A stretch of 64,000 nt of DNA from an uncultured bacterium (GTDB lineage: Bacteria; Bacillota_I; Bacilli_A; RFN20; CAG-826), in the NCBI GenBank assembly GCA_949299195.1, contig CASFZN010000018.1, positions 262,129 to 326,128 of the forward strand, given 5' to 3'. The translations under genes and the position numbers were made by a program. Positions within the stretch are counted from its first letter, which is position 1. Each line of letters starts with the position of its first letter. Positions 1 through 8,965 of this stretch are shown piece after piece. The notes under the pieces were generated by a model. That model searched no databases. It was not told the origin of the DNA and saw nothing but the letters and a program-made list of their open reading frames with translations.

Positions 1-1
1 T

Positions 2-136
2 GTAGGAACATTAGCTAGAGATTTAGGATTATTAAAGAAGAATTATCATATCGATTCTATTGATTTTGTTGATATGTTTCCAAGAACTTTCCATATAGAA
101 ACCGTAGTTTCGATGTCCTTAATAAGAAAAGGATAA
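2..136 (+). CDS. 3' end of an unidentified protein gene (44 codons visible, stop TAA 134-136)
   Basis: The open frame runs from the window edge to a TAA stop. The translation VGTLARDLGLLKKNYHIDSIDFVDMFPRTFHIETVVSMSLIRKG has no family I recognise. Confidence 0.3.
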   Translation, partial: VGTLARDLGLLKKNYHIDSIDFVDMFPRTFHIETVVSMSLIRKG

Positions 137-184
137 GTTAAATATTAAGAGATAAATGTGTGTTTTATTTTCAATAGAATCTCT

Positions 185-393
185 ATGATTAAAGAAGGGA
201 AAATCCTAGTTTTCTCGCATAATTAGAGACAGGATATGTTGTTATTGAAAACCATCATCATTTTAAAGGCTACACTTTATTCCCTTGTAAAGAACATAAA
301 ACTGAATTATTTCAGTTAGATAATTCAATTAAAATAAAGTTTTTAGAAGAAATGAAATCAAGTTTGTTAAAAGAATTAAATAAATTACCATAA
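185..393 (+). pseudogene. Possible degenerate HIT-family (histidine triad) remnant, frameshifted and truncated
   Basis: ATG 185 gives MIKEGKILVFSHN then a stop. The +1 frame continues LETGYVVIENHHHFKGYTLFPCKEHKTELFQLD..., which resembles the HIT segment AFLDI.P..GHTLVIPK.H...L. It ends about 35 aa later, before any HxHxHxx triad. Confidence 0.25.
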
Positions 394-584
394 TACTTAT
401 TTCATTTTGTTGTTGGTAGGTTTCTGTGAATATATAAATTGATAAAGCTATAAGGAACTTTTGTTTTATCTTATAGTTAAAAATTGAGATTATCCTTTCT
501 AGATGCTTAAAAGAATAAAACCTGCCAAATTGTACGTTTTGAGGAATACAGATTCTAAAAACACGATAAACATCGTATAAATAA

Positions 585-600
585 GGTTCCACGTGGAAAC
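585..600. repeat. Dispersed palindrome copy 1 (variant GGTTCCACGTGGAAAC plus T7 tract), intergenic
   Basis: Matches the consensus 16-mer at 15/16 positions and is flanked by AA...TTTTTTT. Confidence 0.8.
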
Positions 601-780
601 TTTTTTTATAACCGAAATTTGCTATTTAATTACTGAAATTCTACTAACAATCAGTCTTTAAAAAATCGTTATCAAATTTGTAGACAAAGTTGTATTTATC
701 TTGTAAACTATGGCTAACATAATTAAATGAAAGACAAAATAAACCGTTTGGATTTATTTATGTTAATATTTTTCTCCTTT

Positions 781-810
781 AAACTGAGTAATATACTCAG
801 TTTTATTTTT
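781..810 (+). terminator. Intrinsic terminator-like hairpin (10-bp stem AAACTGAGTA/TACTCAGTTT, 3-nt loop) plus T-tract in the leader upstream of the flavoenzyme gene
   Basis: A perfect inverted repeat is followed by TATTTTT. A TATAAT hexamer follows at about 827 and the gene RBS/ATG at 882. Confidence 0.4.
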
Positions 811-881
811 GTGCATTTGTTTTATAATATATGTAATTCGATTTTGATTTTAAAATCATATAAAAAGGGGAAAAATAATTT

Positions 882-2939
882 ATGAAAAAAGAATATGAAT
901 CACTTTTTACTCCCTGGAAGATAGGCAATGTCACAATTAAAAACAGAATTGTAATGTGCCCAATGGGTGGAACCTCTCTTTTTGGATGGATGCAACCAAG
1001 CACTTTCAATAAAGTTGCTGCAGATTTATTCCTCGAAAGAGCTAAAAACGATGTAGGTTTAATTATTCCAGGAATTGCGCCGTTAAGAGATTCTATCGGA
1101 GGTAAATGGTTATATAAAAACAAGAAAGCTTTTGAAGAACTCGCAAAATATATGGAAGAATTCCATAAAACAGGCGCAAAAATGTTTGTCCAACTAACTG
1201 CAGGATTTGGTAGAAGTTATGCAATTAATAAGGAAGCTGCTTTATTGCTTAAATATAAAGCACTTGGAGCAATCGCTAAACCTATTTTAGATGTTTCCTA
1301 TTTAACTGCATCACCATCTGTTTTACCATCTAGATGGGATCCAGAACTTAAATGTCGTGAGATGACTAGAAAAGAAATAAACGAAATTGTTTTTGCTTAT
1401 GCAGAGACATCAAGAATGTTAAAAGAAGCAGGAGTTGATGGAGTTGAAGTTCACGCAGTTCATGAAGGTTATTTATTAGATCAATTCACTCTTAAATATA
1501 CAAACTTTAGAAAAGATGAATATGGCGGAAGTTTTGAAAATAGATATCGTTTCCCTGTTGAAGTTGTTCAAGCAATTAAAAAGGCATGCGGAGATGATTT
1601 CCCAGTTTCATTAAGATATTCCGTTATTTCTAAAACAAAAGGCTTTGAATATGGAGCATTACCTGGAGAAACTGACTATATTGAAGTTGGTAGAGATATG
1701 GAAGAATCCATTAAAGCTGCTAAATATTTAGAAGAAGCAGGGTATGACATGTTAAATGCTGATAATGGTACATATGACGCTTGGTATTGGGCTCATCCAC
1801 CAGTTTATATGCCATATAATTGTAACTTAGAAGATTGTGTAGAAATTAAAAAGCACGTAAAAATCCCTGTTGTTTGTGCAGGTAAAATGCAACTTGATGT
1901 TGCTTCTAGAGCAATTCAAGAAGGCAAGATTGATGCAATGGGTGTTGCAAGACAATTCTTAACTGATGGAGAATGGGTTAATAAAGTTATCAACGATAAA
2001 GAAGAAGATATCATGCCATGTATTCAATGTCATAACGGTTGTTTTGCTTTATGTAAATATAAAGGAGTTCCAAACACTCAATCCTTACATGAAGTTAAAC
2101 AAATGTCTCGATGTGCATTAAATCCAACCACAATGACTGGAGATAAATATAAATTAACTCCAGCAAAAGAAAAGAAACATGTTGTAATTATTGGTGGCGG
2201 AATCGGCGGAATGGAAGCTGCTAGAGTCGCTAAATTAAGAGGTCACGATGTAACAATCTATGAAAAAACCGATAGATTAGGTGGAGTTTTCAATGAAGCT
2301 GCTAATTTTGATTTCAAAGTTGAAGACAAAAAACTTATCGAATGGTATAAACGCCAAATGAAAAACTTAGAAATTGAAATTAAATATAACGAAGAAGTCA
2401 AAGACTTTAATTTATTAAGTTATGATGAATTAATTATTGCAACCGGTGCTAAAGAAAAGACCTTAAATATCCCAGGAATTGATAAAGCAATTAGCGCTTT
2501 AGATTATTTAAAAGATAAAGAAAAGGTTGGAAATAGAGTAGTTGTTATTGGTGGAGGCTTAACGGGATGCGAAATCGCTTATGATTTGCATTTAAAAGGT
2601 AAAACACCGGTAATTGTTGAAATGTTAAACGATTTAATGGCTGTTAAAGGTCTATGTTTAGCTAATTCATCATTCTTAAGAGACTATTTCAAAACTAATA
2701 GCGTTGAAGTCTATTTAGAATCAACAGTTCGCCAAATTAAAGAAGACGAATTAGTAGTTGTTGATAAAGCTGAACGACCAACAAACGTTAAATTTGATTC
2801 AATAATTTATGCAACAGGATATACTCCAAATCCATTAACAAAAGGAGCTAAAAATGTCCATGTTATCGGAGATTCTTATAAGGTAGGCAACTTAAAAGAT
2901 GTTATTTGGAGAGCATACGAAGTTGCAATGAATTTATAG
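882..2939 (+). CDS. Two-domain flavoprotein: N-terminal Old-Yellow-Enzyme / 2,4-dienoyl-CoA reductase-like FMN TIM barrel, C-terminal FAD/NAD(P)-binding domain (enoate reductase / NADH oxidase family)
   Basis: The translation carries the OYE N-terminal pattern (KIGNVTIKNRIVMCPMGG, HAVHEGYLLDQF), a 4Fe-4S Cys cluster (CIQCHNGCFALC) and Rossmann GGGIGGMEAA / VIGGGLTGCE motifs. RBS AAAAGGGG precedes the ATG. Length 685 aa. Confidence 0.85.
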   Translation: MKKEYESLFTPWKIGNVTIKNRIVMCPMGGTSLFGWMQPSTFNKVAADLFLERAKNDVGLIIPGIAPLRDSIGGKWLYKNKKAFEELAKYMEEFHKTGAKMFVQLTAGFGRSYAINKEAALLLKYKALGAIAKPILDVSYLTASPSVLPSRWDPELKCREMTRKEINEIVFAYAETSRMLKEAGVDGVEVHAVHEGYLLDQFTLKYTNFRKDEYGGSFENRYRFPVEVVQAIKKACGDDFPVSLRYSVISKTKGFEYGALPGETDYIEVGRDMEESIKAAKYLEEAGYDMLNADNGTYDAWYWAHPPVYMPYNCNLEDCVEIKKHVKIPVVCAGKMQLDVASRAIQEGKIDAMGVARQFLTDGEWVNKVINDKEEDIMPCIQCHNGCFALCKYKGVPNTQSLHEVKQMSRCALNPTTMTGDKYKLTPAKEKKHVVIIGGGIGGMEAARVAKLRGHDVTIYEKTDRLGGVFNEAANFDFKVEDKKLIEWYKRQMKNLEIEIKYNEEVKDFNLLSYDELIIATGAKEKTLNIPGIDKAISALDYLKDKEKVGNRVVVIGGGLTGCEIAYDLHLKGKTPVIVEMLNDLMAVKGLCLANSSFLRDYFKTNSVEVYLESTVRQIKEDELVVVDKAERPTNVKFDSIIYATGYTPNPLTKGAKNVHVIGDSYKVGNLKDVIWRAYEVAMNL

Positions 2940-2963
2940 ATATTCTTTTGGGGGTAAAGGAAA

Positions 2964-4256
2964 ATGAGCGAATATAAAATGAGACTTACAAAAGAACAAC
3001 AAGAAATTTTAGAAGGCAAAAAAGGCGAAACCATGAAGAAAATGATGGAAACGCTTGTCCTTTTTGGAGAGATTTTTGATGCAGAAAGACTTGCAAAAGT
3101 TACTCATAACGAAGGACATTTAGTTACATCGTTTGGCATCCCATTATTAAAACCATTATTTAAAACAATGGAAGAGCTTAATAATGAAGGAATTAAAGCT
3201 CCTGGAGGATTTACTTGCGATCCTCGTCCATTAGATTATAAAAATGTTAAATGTAATTTATTGGAAAAAGCCGTATTTAATCTTGTTTTATACGGAAAAC
3301 AAAAAGAATACGAAGAACAACTTCTAAAAGCAGGACTTACCGACTTAGATTCTTTTTCTTGTACTTGTTACTTAAAAGAATGTGGGAATAGACCTAAAAA
3401 AGGAGACATCTTATCTTGGGCTGAAAGTAGTGCGGTTGTTTTTGCTAACTCAGTTTTAGGTGCAAGATGTAATAGAAATTCTGGAATGATTGATTTGTTT
3501 GGTTCAATTATTGGATATGTCCCAGAATTTGGCTTATTACTTGATGAAAATAGAAAAGCTGATTGGGTAATAGAAATTAAAACTAAAGAAATTCCTGAAG
3601 CTCAAATTTTAGGTTCTGCTATTGGAATGAAAGTCATGGAAGATGTTCCTTATATTAAAGGATTAGATAAATTCTTAGGAACTGAAATTGATGATGAAGT
3701 TGAAGCGTATTTAAAAGATATGGGTGCTGCTAGTGCTTCTAATGGTGCGGTTGGATTATTCCACGTTGAAAATTTAACACCTGAAGCAAAAGAACAAGGC
3801 GCATCTTTAATTAAAAAAGAAATTAAAGGTACCTATATAATCGACGATTATGAACTTGAAAGAGTTTATAAATCTTATCCAAATATGCGGAAGAAAAAAG
3901 ATGCAACTCCTGAAGTTTGTTTTATCGGTTGTCCACATTTAAATCTTTATCAACTTCGTAAATGGCATAAAGATATCTTAAGTAGTTTAGAAAAAAATAA
4001 GAAAACCAAGGTTAATTGCCAAGTTATTTTAACTGCTGCACCAAAGGTTGTTGAAGAATTTAAAACAAAGTATAAAACCGATTATGACAATCTTTATAAA
4101 GTAGGAGTTAAGATCTCATCTATTTGTCCACTTATGTACACCAATAATCCACTCGTACATAAAAAAGCAATTATCACTAATTCCAACAAGTTAAGAACTT
4201 ATTCAATGGCAAGATATTTTAAAGATCAAGATATCTTGGAATTAATCACAAAATAA
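2964..4256 (+). CDS. Aconitase X family, catalytic/large subunit (DUF521-like)
   Basis: 430 aa with an RBS GGGGGTAAAGGAAA upstream. It is immediately followed by a ~150-aa partner gene with an RBS, the split AcnX arrangement. Family assignment is from recalled sequence pattern and architecture, not a search. Confidence 0.55.
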   Translation: MSEYKMRLTKEQQEILEGKKGETMKKMMETLVLFGEIFDAERLAKVTHNEGHLVTSFGIPLLKPLFKTMEELNNEGIKAPGGFTCDPRPLDYKNVKCNLLEKAVFNLVLYGKQKEYEEQLLKAGLTDLDSFSCTCYLKECGNRPKKGDILSWAESSAVVFANSVLGARCNRNSGMIDLFGSIIGYVPEFGLLLDENRKADWVIEIKTKEIPEAQILGSAIGMKVMEDVPYIKGLDKFLGTEIDDEVEAYLKDMGAASASNGAVGLFHVENLTPEAKEQGASLIKKEIKGTYIIDDYELERVYKSYPNMRKKKDATPEVCFIGCPHLNLYQLRKWHKDILSSLEKNKKTKVNCQVILTAAPKVVEEFKTKYKTDYDNLYKVGVKISSICPLMYTNNPLVHKKAIITNSNKLRTYSMARYFKDQDILELITK

Positions 4257-4269
4257 GGAGGGGAAAGGA

Positions 4270-4722
4270 ATGAAAACATTTAAAGGTAGAGTTATCGCAA
4301 AAGGTAATTTCAAAGGCGAAGCTGCTGTTACTCATAGTGGATTTAATACTTTAGCATCCTTCCAAAAATCAGCGTTAATGAATAAGAAGAATGTTATTGT
4401 TAGTGATCAAAATAACAAAGAATTATTTAATAAGGATATTACTGGTAAAATCTTGTGTTTACCAATCACAATCGGTTCTACAACTGGTGGATTAGTTATT
4501 CAAACTGTTTGTGAAATGGGAATAAATCCAAAAGCGTTCTTATTTAGTGAATCGATTGATTCGCTCGCTGCTAGTGGAATTATATTAGCAAAAGTATGGC
4601 AAAATAGTGACGTTATTTGTATTGATAGACTTGGAAAAGAATTCCTAGACACCGTAAAAACTGGTGATACTTTAGAAATTCATGAAGATGGTACAGTAGA
4701 TATTTTACAAACTAATTATTAA
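4270..4722 (+). CDS. Aconitase X family, small swivel subunit (DUF126-like)
   Basis: 150 aa, 13 nt downstream of the large subunit, RBS AGGAGGGGAAAGGA. Gly-rich core motifs (GSTTGGLVIQ) fit the AcnX small subunit. Confidence 0.5.
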   Translation: MKTFKGRVIAKGNFKGEAAVTHSGFNTLASFQKSALMNKKNVIVSDQNNKELFNKDITGKILCLPITIGSTTGGLVIQTVCEMGINPKAFLFSESIDSLAASGIILAKVWQNSDVICIDRLGKEFLDTVKTGDTLEIHEDGTVDILQTNY

Positions 4723-5383
4723 GATATTTATCGATATTTTCTATCATTTCATTAAGTGTTAAATAAACATTACTTAATGGATATCCATCTACAAATACAT
4801 GGGAAACGGTTATATTGAGGGTGACGAAATACTTGTCATCCTCTTTTCTATATTTATCCCAAAATACTCTTGGACAACTGCTTGATGTATGGTTATTACT
4901 AGGAGTTGGATGAGTCATTGAAACAATAGATAACGTTGGGATACACGATATATAAAAAACACCATAATCACCGTCATTATATGTAGTGTCAATATCGCTA
5001 CGTTGGCTATATTCATTTAAAGTTTTACGGCACTTTTTATTAAAATTTGAAAAGGAAAAACTTTCATTAAAATCGGTTCTAGCATTATAAAAGACTCCAT
5101 TTACTTTGCTCATTACAGTAAATGTAGGATGAATAACATCGTAATAATAAATTTCATCATCAATATCTCTATAATGAAATTCTTCTACCTTATTCATTGC
5201 TAAAGAAACTAAATAAATAAAGATGATAAAAAAGGAAATATTCTGTTTTTTCCCATAATTAACAACATTTGTAACATCAACATTCACATTAAAACCATAC
5301 GTTGGGTCACTAAACGTTTTGAAATAGAGATATTGACTTAATTTTTTATAATTTTTCTTATCGATTTTTTTCTTTAAATTCAT
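4712..5383 (-). CDS. CAT-family acetyltransferase (chloramphenicol O-acetyltransferase-like fold)
   Basis: 223 aa, colinear with classical CAT: N-terminal KKNYKKLSQYLYF (the CAT NW.RREHFE-YR region), central FYNARTDFNESFS, and C-terminal catalytic SHVFVDGYP (the CAT HHAVCDGFH motif). Confidence 0.6.
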   Translation of the reverse strand: MNLKKKIDKKNYKKLSQYLYFKTFSDPTYGFNVNVDVTNVVNYGKKQNISFFIIFIYLVSLAMNKVEEFHYRDIDDEIYYYDVIHPTFTVMSKVNGVFYNARTDFNESFSFSNFNKKCRKTLNEYSQRSDIDTTYNDGDYGVFYISCIPTLSIVSMTHPTPSNNHTSSSCPRVFWDKYRKEDDKYFVTLNITVSHVFVDGYPLSNVYLTLNEMIENIDKYLNN

Positions 5384-5449
5384 GATAAATATTCTAAACT
5401 AATTAGACTATTTTTGATAGAATTACCTTATTGATTAAGGGTAAAAGTT

Positions 5450-7864
5450 ATGGATATTAAGGAAAATATTAAAAATTTATCTATTGAAGAGAAAATTTCT
5501 TTTCTTAGAGGAAAAGATAATTGGAGAACTCAACCAATAGAATCTTTAAAATTAAAAACAATCTATATGAGCGATGGACCTCATGGATTAAGAAAAGAAA
5601 AAACTTGTGAAAAATTAGAGGTTTTTAAAGAATCTCATGTAGCAATTTGTTATCCCCCAGCATGTTTAAGTGCATGTTCTTTCAATAAAGAATTACTCTA
5701 TAAAATGGGTGATTATTTAGGAAAAGAGTGTTTAAATCAACGAATTGATGTCCTTTTAGGACCTGGAATAAACATTAAAAGAAATCCATTGTGCGGAAGA
5801 AATTTTGAGTATTTCAGTGAAGATCCATATTTAACTGGTGAATTAGCAACCGCATATATTAAAGGAGTTCAATCAAATAATGTTGGCGTTTCTTTAAAGC
5901 ATTACTGCGTTAATTCTCAAGAATTAGATAGAGCTAGACTTAACGAAGTTGTTGATGAAAGAGCACTAAATGAAATTTATTTAGCAGCTTTTAAAAAAGC
6001 AGTAATTGAAGCAAAACCTGATTCAATCATGAGTTCTTATAATAAGGTTAATGGTGAATATGTTGGTGAATCAAAATATCTTTTAACCGATGTTCTTCGT
6101 AATAAATGGGGATTTGAAGGTTTTGTAGTAAGTGACTGGTGTGCAGTTAATGATGCAGTTAAAGCCCATAAAAATGGTTTAAATTTAGAGATGCCTTATG
6201 GCTGTAACTATAATTATCACGTTTTATATAAAGCCTATAAAAATAGAGAATTAAGCGAAAACGAAATTAATGAAATTGTAGAAAAAAATTATTATTGTTT
6301 CAAAAAATATGAAAATAACGAACCAGTAGATTTTGATTTTGATGAACATCATAATCTTGCAGTAGAAATCGCAAAAGATTCGATGGTTCTCCTTAAAAAT
6401 GAACATAACATATTACCTTTAAGAGAAGAAGAATCAGTTCTTTTTGTTGGAGAATTTGTTAATAGACCTCGCTATCAAGGCGCGGGAAGTAGCGTGGTTA
6501 ACCCTTATAAAGTTACAAATCTATTAAAAGAAGTTAAAAAGTATTCAAGCCATGTAACTTATTTAAGAGGTTATGATAGTTTTAGTGTTCCAAATTCCAA
6601 AAAACTTATTCAAGAAGTTTTAGACAATATTAAAGATAAGGATAAAGTAGTTGTGTTTTTAGGATTACCACCTGAAATTGAAGCTGAAGGTTTTGATAGA
6701 GAAAATGCCCTTTTACCACTTTCTCAACTTATGTTATTAAGAGAATTAAGTAAGGTAAGAGATGATTTAATTGTTGTTTTAGAAAATGGATCAGTTATTG
6801 AAATTGAAGAAGTTATTAGTCTATCTAAAGCAGTTTTAGAAGCTTATTTAGGTGGCGAGGGAATTAACGAAGCAATTCTTTCGATTCTTTATGGAAAAAC
6901 TAATCCTAGCGGAAGATTAGCGGAATCTTTCTTCAAAAAGCTCGATAAATCCTATATTTATAATTATTTAACAAATAATAGAATGGATAGCATTCATAAA
7001 GAATCTATCTTTGTTGGATATCGTTATTATGGTAGAAATCCTTCAAATTTGTTATTCCCATTCGGATATGGCTTATCTTATTCAGATGTTAGATATGAAA
7101 ACTTCAATATCGATAAAACTCAACTTGAAGTTGATGGAAAAGTTAAGATTTCCTTTGATTTAATTAACGATACAGACTATGTCCATAAAGAGGTTGTCCA
7201 AGTCTACGTTTTGAAATCTAACAAGATTGTTTTTAATGCTAAAAGAGAGCTTAAAAATTTTGAAAAGGTGAAAATTATGCCTCATTCTAGTTTCCACGTG
7301 GAAACTTTTGTCTCGTATGAAAACTTTAGTTACTATGATATAAACACCCACGAGTTCGAAGTTTTAGCAGATGATTATTGGATTGAAGTCTGTAAAGATA
7401 GTGAAACTCCTTTAGTTAATTTCCCAATCTATGTAGAGGGAAAAAATTTAAAATCTCCATATGAGGGGAAAGCTAAAAAGTACTATTTAAGTGATGTTTC
7501 AAATATTACTAATGAAGAATATTTAGAAATTCATCCAGATATTAAACTTGCTAATGAAAATGAAAAATATGTTCATGATGTAAACTCTTCAATTACTTTC
7601 GCAGCTTTTAAAGGTTCAAAGGGCGCAAAATTTGTTAAAAGAATTCTTTCGTCTATCCCTCAACTTAAAAAAGATAGATATTCACGCGAATATGTTTTAT
7701 CAAGTCCAGTTAGACAATTTAGATATTTCTCATATACTTATTTTAATGATGAAAATTGCGAACTCATTTTAAAGATATTAAATGATGATCATTATCTTAA
7801 AAATGTATGGAAATTAGCGATGAATCTCAATAAAATAAGAAAAGAAGAAAAGAAAAAATTATAA
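5450..7864 (+). CDS. bglX: Glycoside hydrolase family 3 beta-glucosidase/beta-xylosidase-like (BglX type)
   Basis: GH3 N-terminal motifs SDGPHGLRK and the catalytic GFEGFVVSDW, plus a C-terminal beta-sandwich domain. 804 aa. Confidence 0.85.
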   Translation: MDIKENIKNLSIEEKISFLRGKDNWRTQPIESLKLKTIYMSDGPHGLRKEKTCEKLEVFKESHVAICYPPACLSACSFNKELLYKMGDYLGKECLNQRIDVLLGPGINIKRNPLCGRNFEYFSEDPYLTGELATAYIKGVQSNNVGVSLKHYCVNSQELDRARLNEVVDERALNEIYLAAFKKAVIEAKPDSIMSSYNKVNGEYVGESKYLLTDVLRNKWGFEGFVVSDWCAVNDAVKAHKNGLNLEMPYGCNYNYHVLYKAYKNRELSENEINEIVEKNYYCFKKYENNEPVDFDFDEHHNLAVEIAKDSMVLLKNEHNILPLREEESVLFVGEFVNRPRYQGAGSSVVNPYKVTNLLKEVKKYSSHVTYLRGYDSFSVPNSKKLIQEVLDNIKDKDKVVVFLGLPPEIEAEGFDRENALLPLSQLMLLRELSKVRDDLIVVLENGSVIEIEEVISLSKAVLEAYLGGEGINEAILSILYGKTNPSGRLAESFFKKLDKSYIYNYLTNNRMDSIHKESIFVGYRYYGRNPSNLLFPFGYGLSYSDVRYENFNIDKTQLEVDGKVKISFDLINDTDYVHKEVVQVYVLKSNKIVFNAKRELKNFEKVKIMPHSSFHVETFVSYENFSYYDINTHEFEVLADDYWIEVCKDSETPLVNFPIYVEGKNLKSPYEGKAKKYYLSDVSNITNEEYLEIHPDIKLANENEKYVHDVNSSITFAAFKGSKGAKFVKRILSSIPQLKKDRYSREYVLSSPVRQFRYFSYTYFNDENCELILKILNDDHYLKNVWKLAMNLNKIRKEEKKKL
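7290..7305. repeat. Dispersed palindrome copy 2 (GTTTCCACGTGGAAAC) inside the GH3 gene, in frame (encodes S-F-H-V-E-T-F)
   Basis: Exact 16-mer flanked by A/T (AG...TTTTG). Confidence 0.85.
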
Positions 7865-7889
7865 ATAATAAAAAGGATTTTTATATTTT

Positions 7890-8840
7890 ATGGAAAAGGT
7901 TTATTTAGGCGTTGATGTTGGTGGCATGTCCATTAAGGTAGGAGCAGTTAATGAAAATGGTGAAATTTTAATTAAAGATACTGTTAAAACTGATGGAGAA
8001 AATGTTGATAATTTTTTAAGCGATATGAAAAAGCTTCTCGAAAAAGTTATCAAAGAAGCAAAAGAAAAAGGATATGAAGTAGAAGGAATTGGTTTTGGAG
8101 TTCCAGGAGTTGTTAATAATAAAGAAGGAACCATCGATAAAATGGCTAATATTAAAGGAAAATATATTCCTTTAAGAGAATATCTCTCTTCCCTTAACCT
8201 TCCTATTAGAATTTCTAATGATGCTAATGTTGCAGCTTTAGCAGAACAAAAATTCGGTGCTGCAAAAGGTTATAATAACGTTATTTTATTAACCTTAGGA
8301 ACTGGGGTAGGTGGCGGAGTTATTGTTGATGGCAAACTCTTTGAAGGATATTTAGGAAAAGGAGCAGAACTTGGTCATGTCTGTTTAATTTATAACGGCC
8401 TTAAATGTGGATGTGGAAGAAATGGATGTTTAGAAGCTTATGCTTCAGCTTCAGCTTTATTAAGAGAAACAAAAGAAAAAATGGAAGCCCATAAGGATTC
8501 TGCAATGTGGGACTATTGTGATAATGATATCAATAAAGTAAGTGGCCTTACATCATTTGAATGTGCTAAAAAAGGGGATAAATATGCGATAGAAGTCGTA
8601 GATCAATACGTATCATATCTAGGAGAAGGATTATTAGATTTCTGCAATATCTTTAGACCAGAAGTAATTGTAATTGGAGGAGGAATCTCTAATCAAGGAG
8701 AATATTTATCTAATAAACTTCAATCGTATTTAGAAAAAAGAAATTATGGCTATGAAACCGCTCCTAGAAGTGAAGTTTTAATCGCTAAACTTAAAAATGA
8801 TGCTGGAATTATTGGAGCTGCATCGTTATTAATAAAATAA
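7890..8840 (+). CDS. glcK: ROK-family glucokinase
   Basis: N-terminal LGVDVGGMSIKVGAV ATPase motif and the ROK zinc motif CGCGRNGCLEAYAS. 316 aa. Confidence 0.8.
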   Translation: MEKVYLGVDVGGMSIKVGAVNENGEILIKDTVKTDGENVDNFLSDMKKLLEKVIKEAKEKGYEVEGIGFGVPGVVNNKEGTIDKMANIKGKYIPLREYLSSLNLPIRISNDANVAALAEQKFGAAKGYNNVILLTLGTGVGGGVIVDGKLFEGYLGKGAELGHVCLIYNGLKCGCGRNGCLEAYASASALLRETKEKMEAHKDSAMWDYCDNDINKVSGLTSFECAKKGDKYAIEVVDQYVSYLGEGLLDFCNIFRPEVIVIGGGISNQGEYLSNKLQSYLEKRNYGYETAPRSEVLIAKLKNDAGIIGAASLLIK

Positions 8841-8965
8841 AACAAAATTAATATATTTTTAATTAGTTTTTACTACTTACTTATACTAGAATAGTAGTTA
8901 ATATTTATAAGGATATTTATAAAATATTTTATAAATATCTTTATTTTTTAAGAGGTTTAATTGAT

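Noticed and set aside
329-592. 87-aa ORF on the - strand
   Set aside because: It overlaps the HIT-like remnant and the leader region, lacks an RBS and has extreme low-complexity composition. It is most likely a spurious antisense ORF.
803-1123. 106-aa ORF on the - strand overlapping the start of the flavoenzyme gene
   Set aside because: It is antisense to a well-supported gene and its promoter/terminator region, and shows no protein-family signal.
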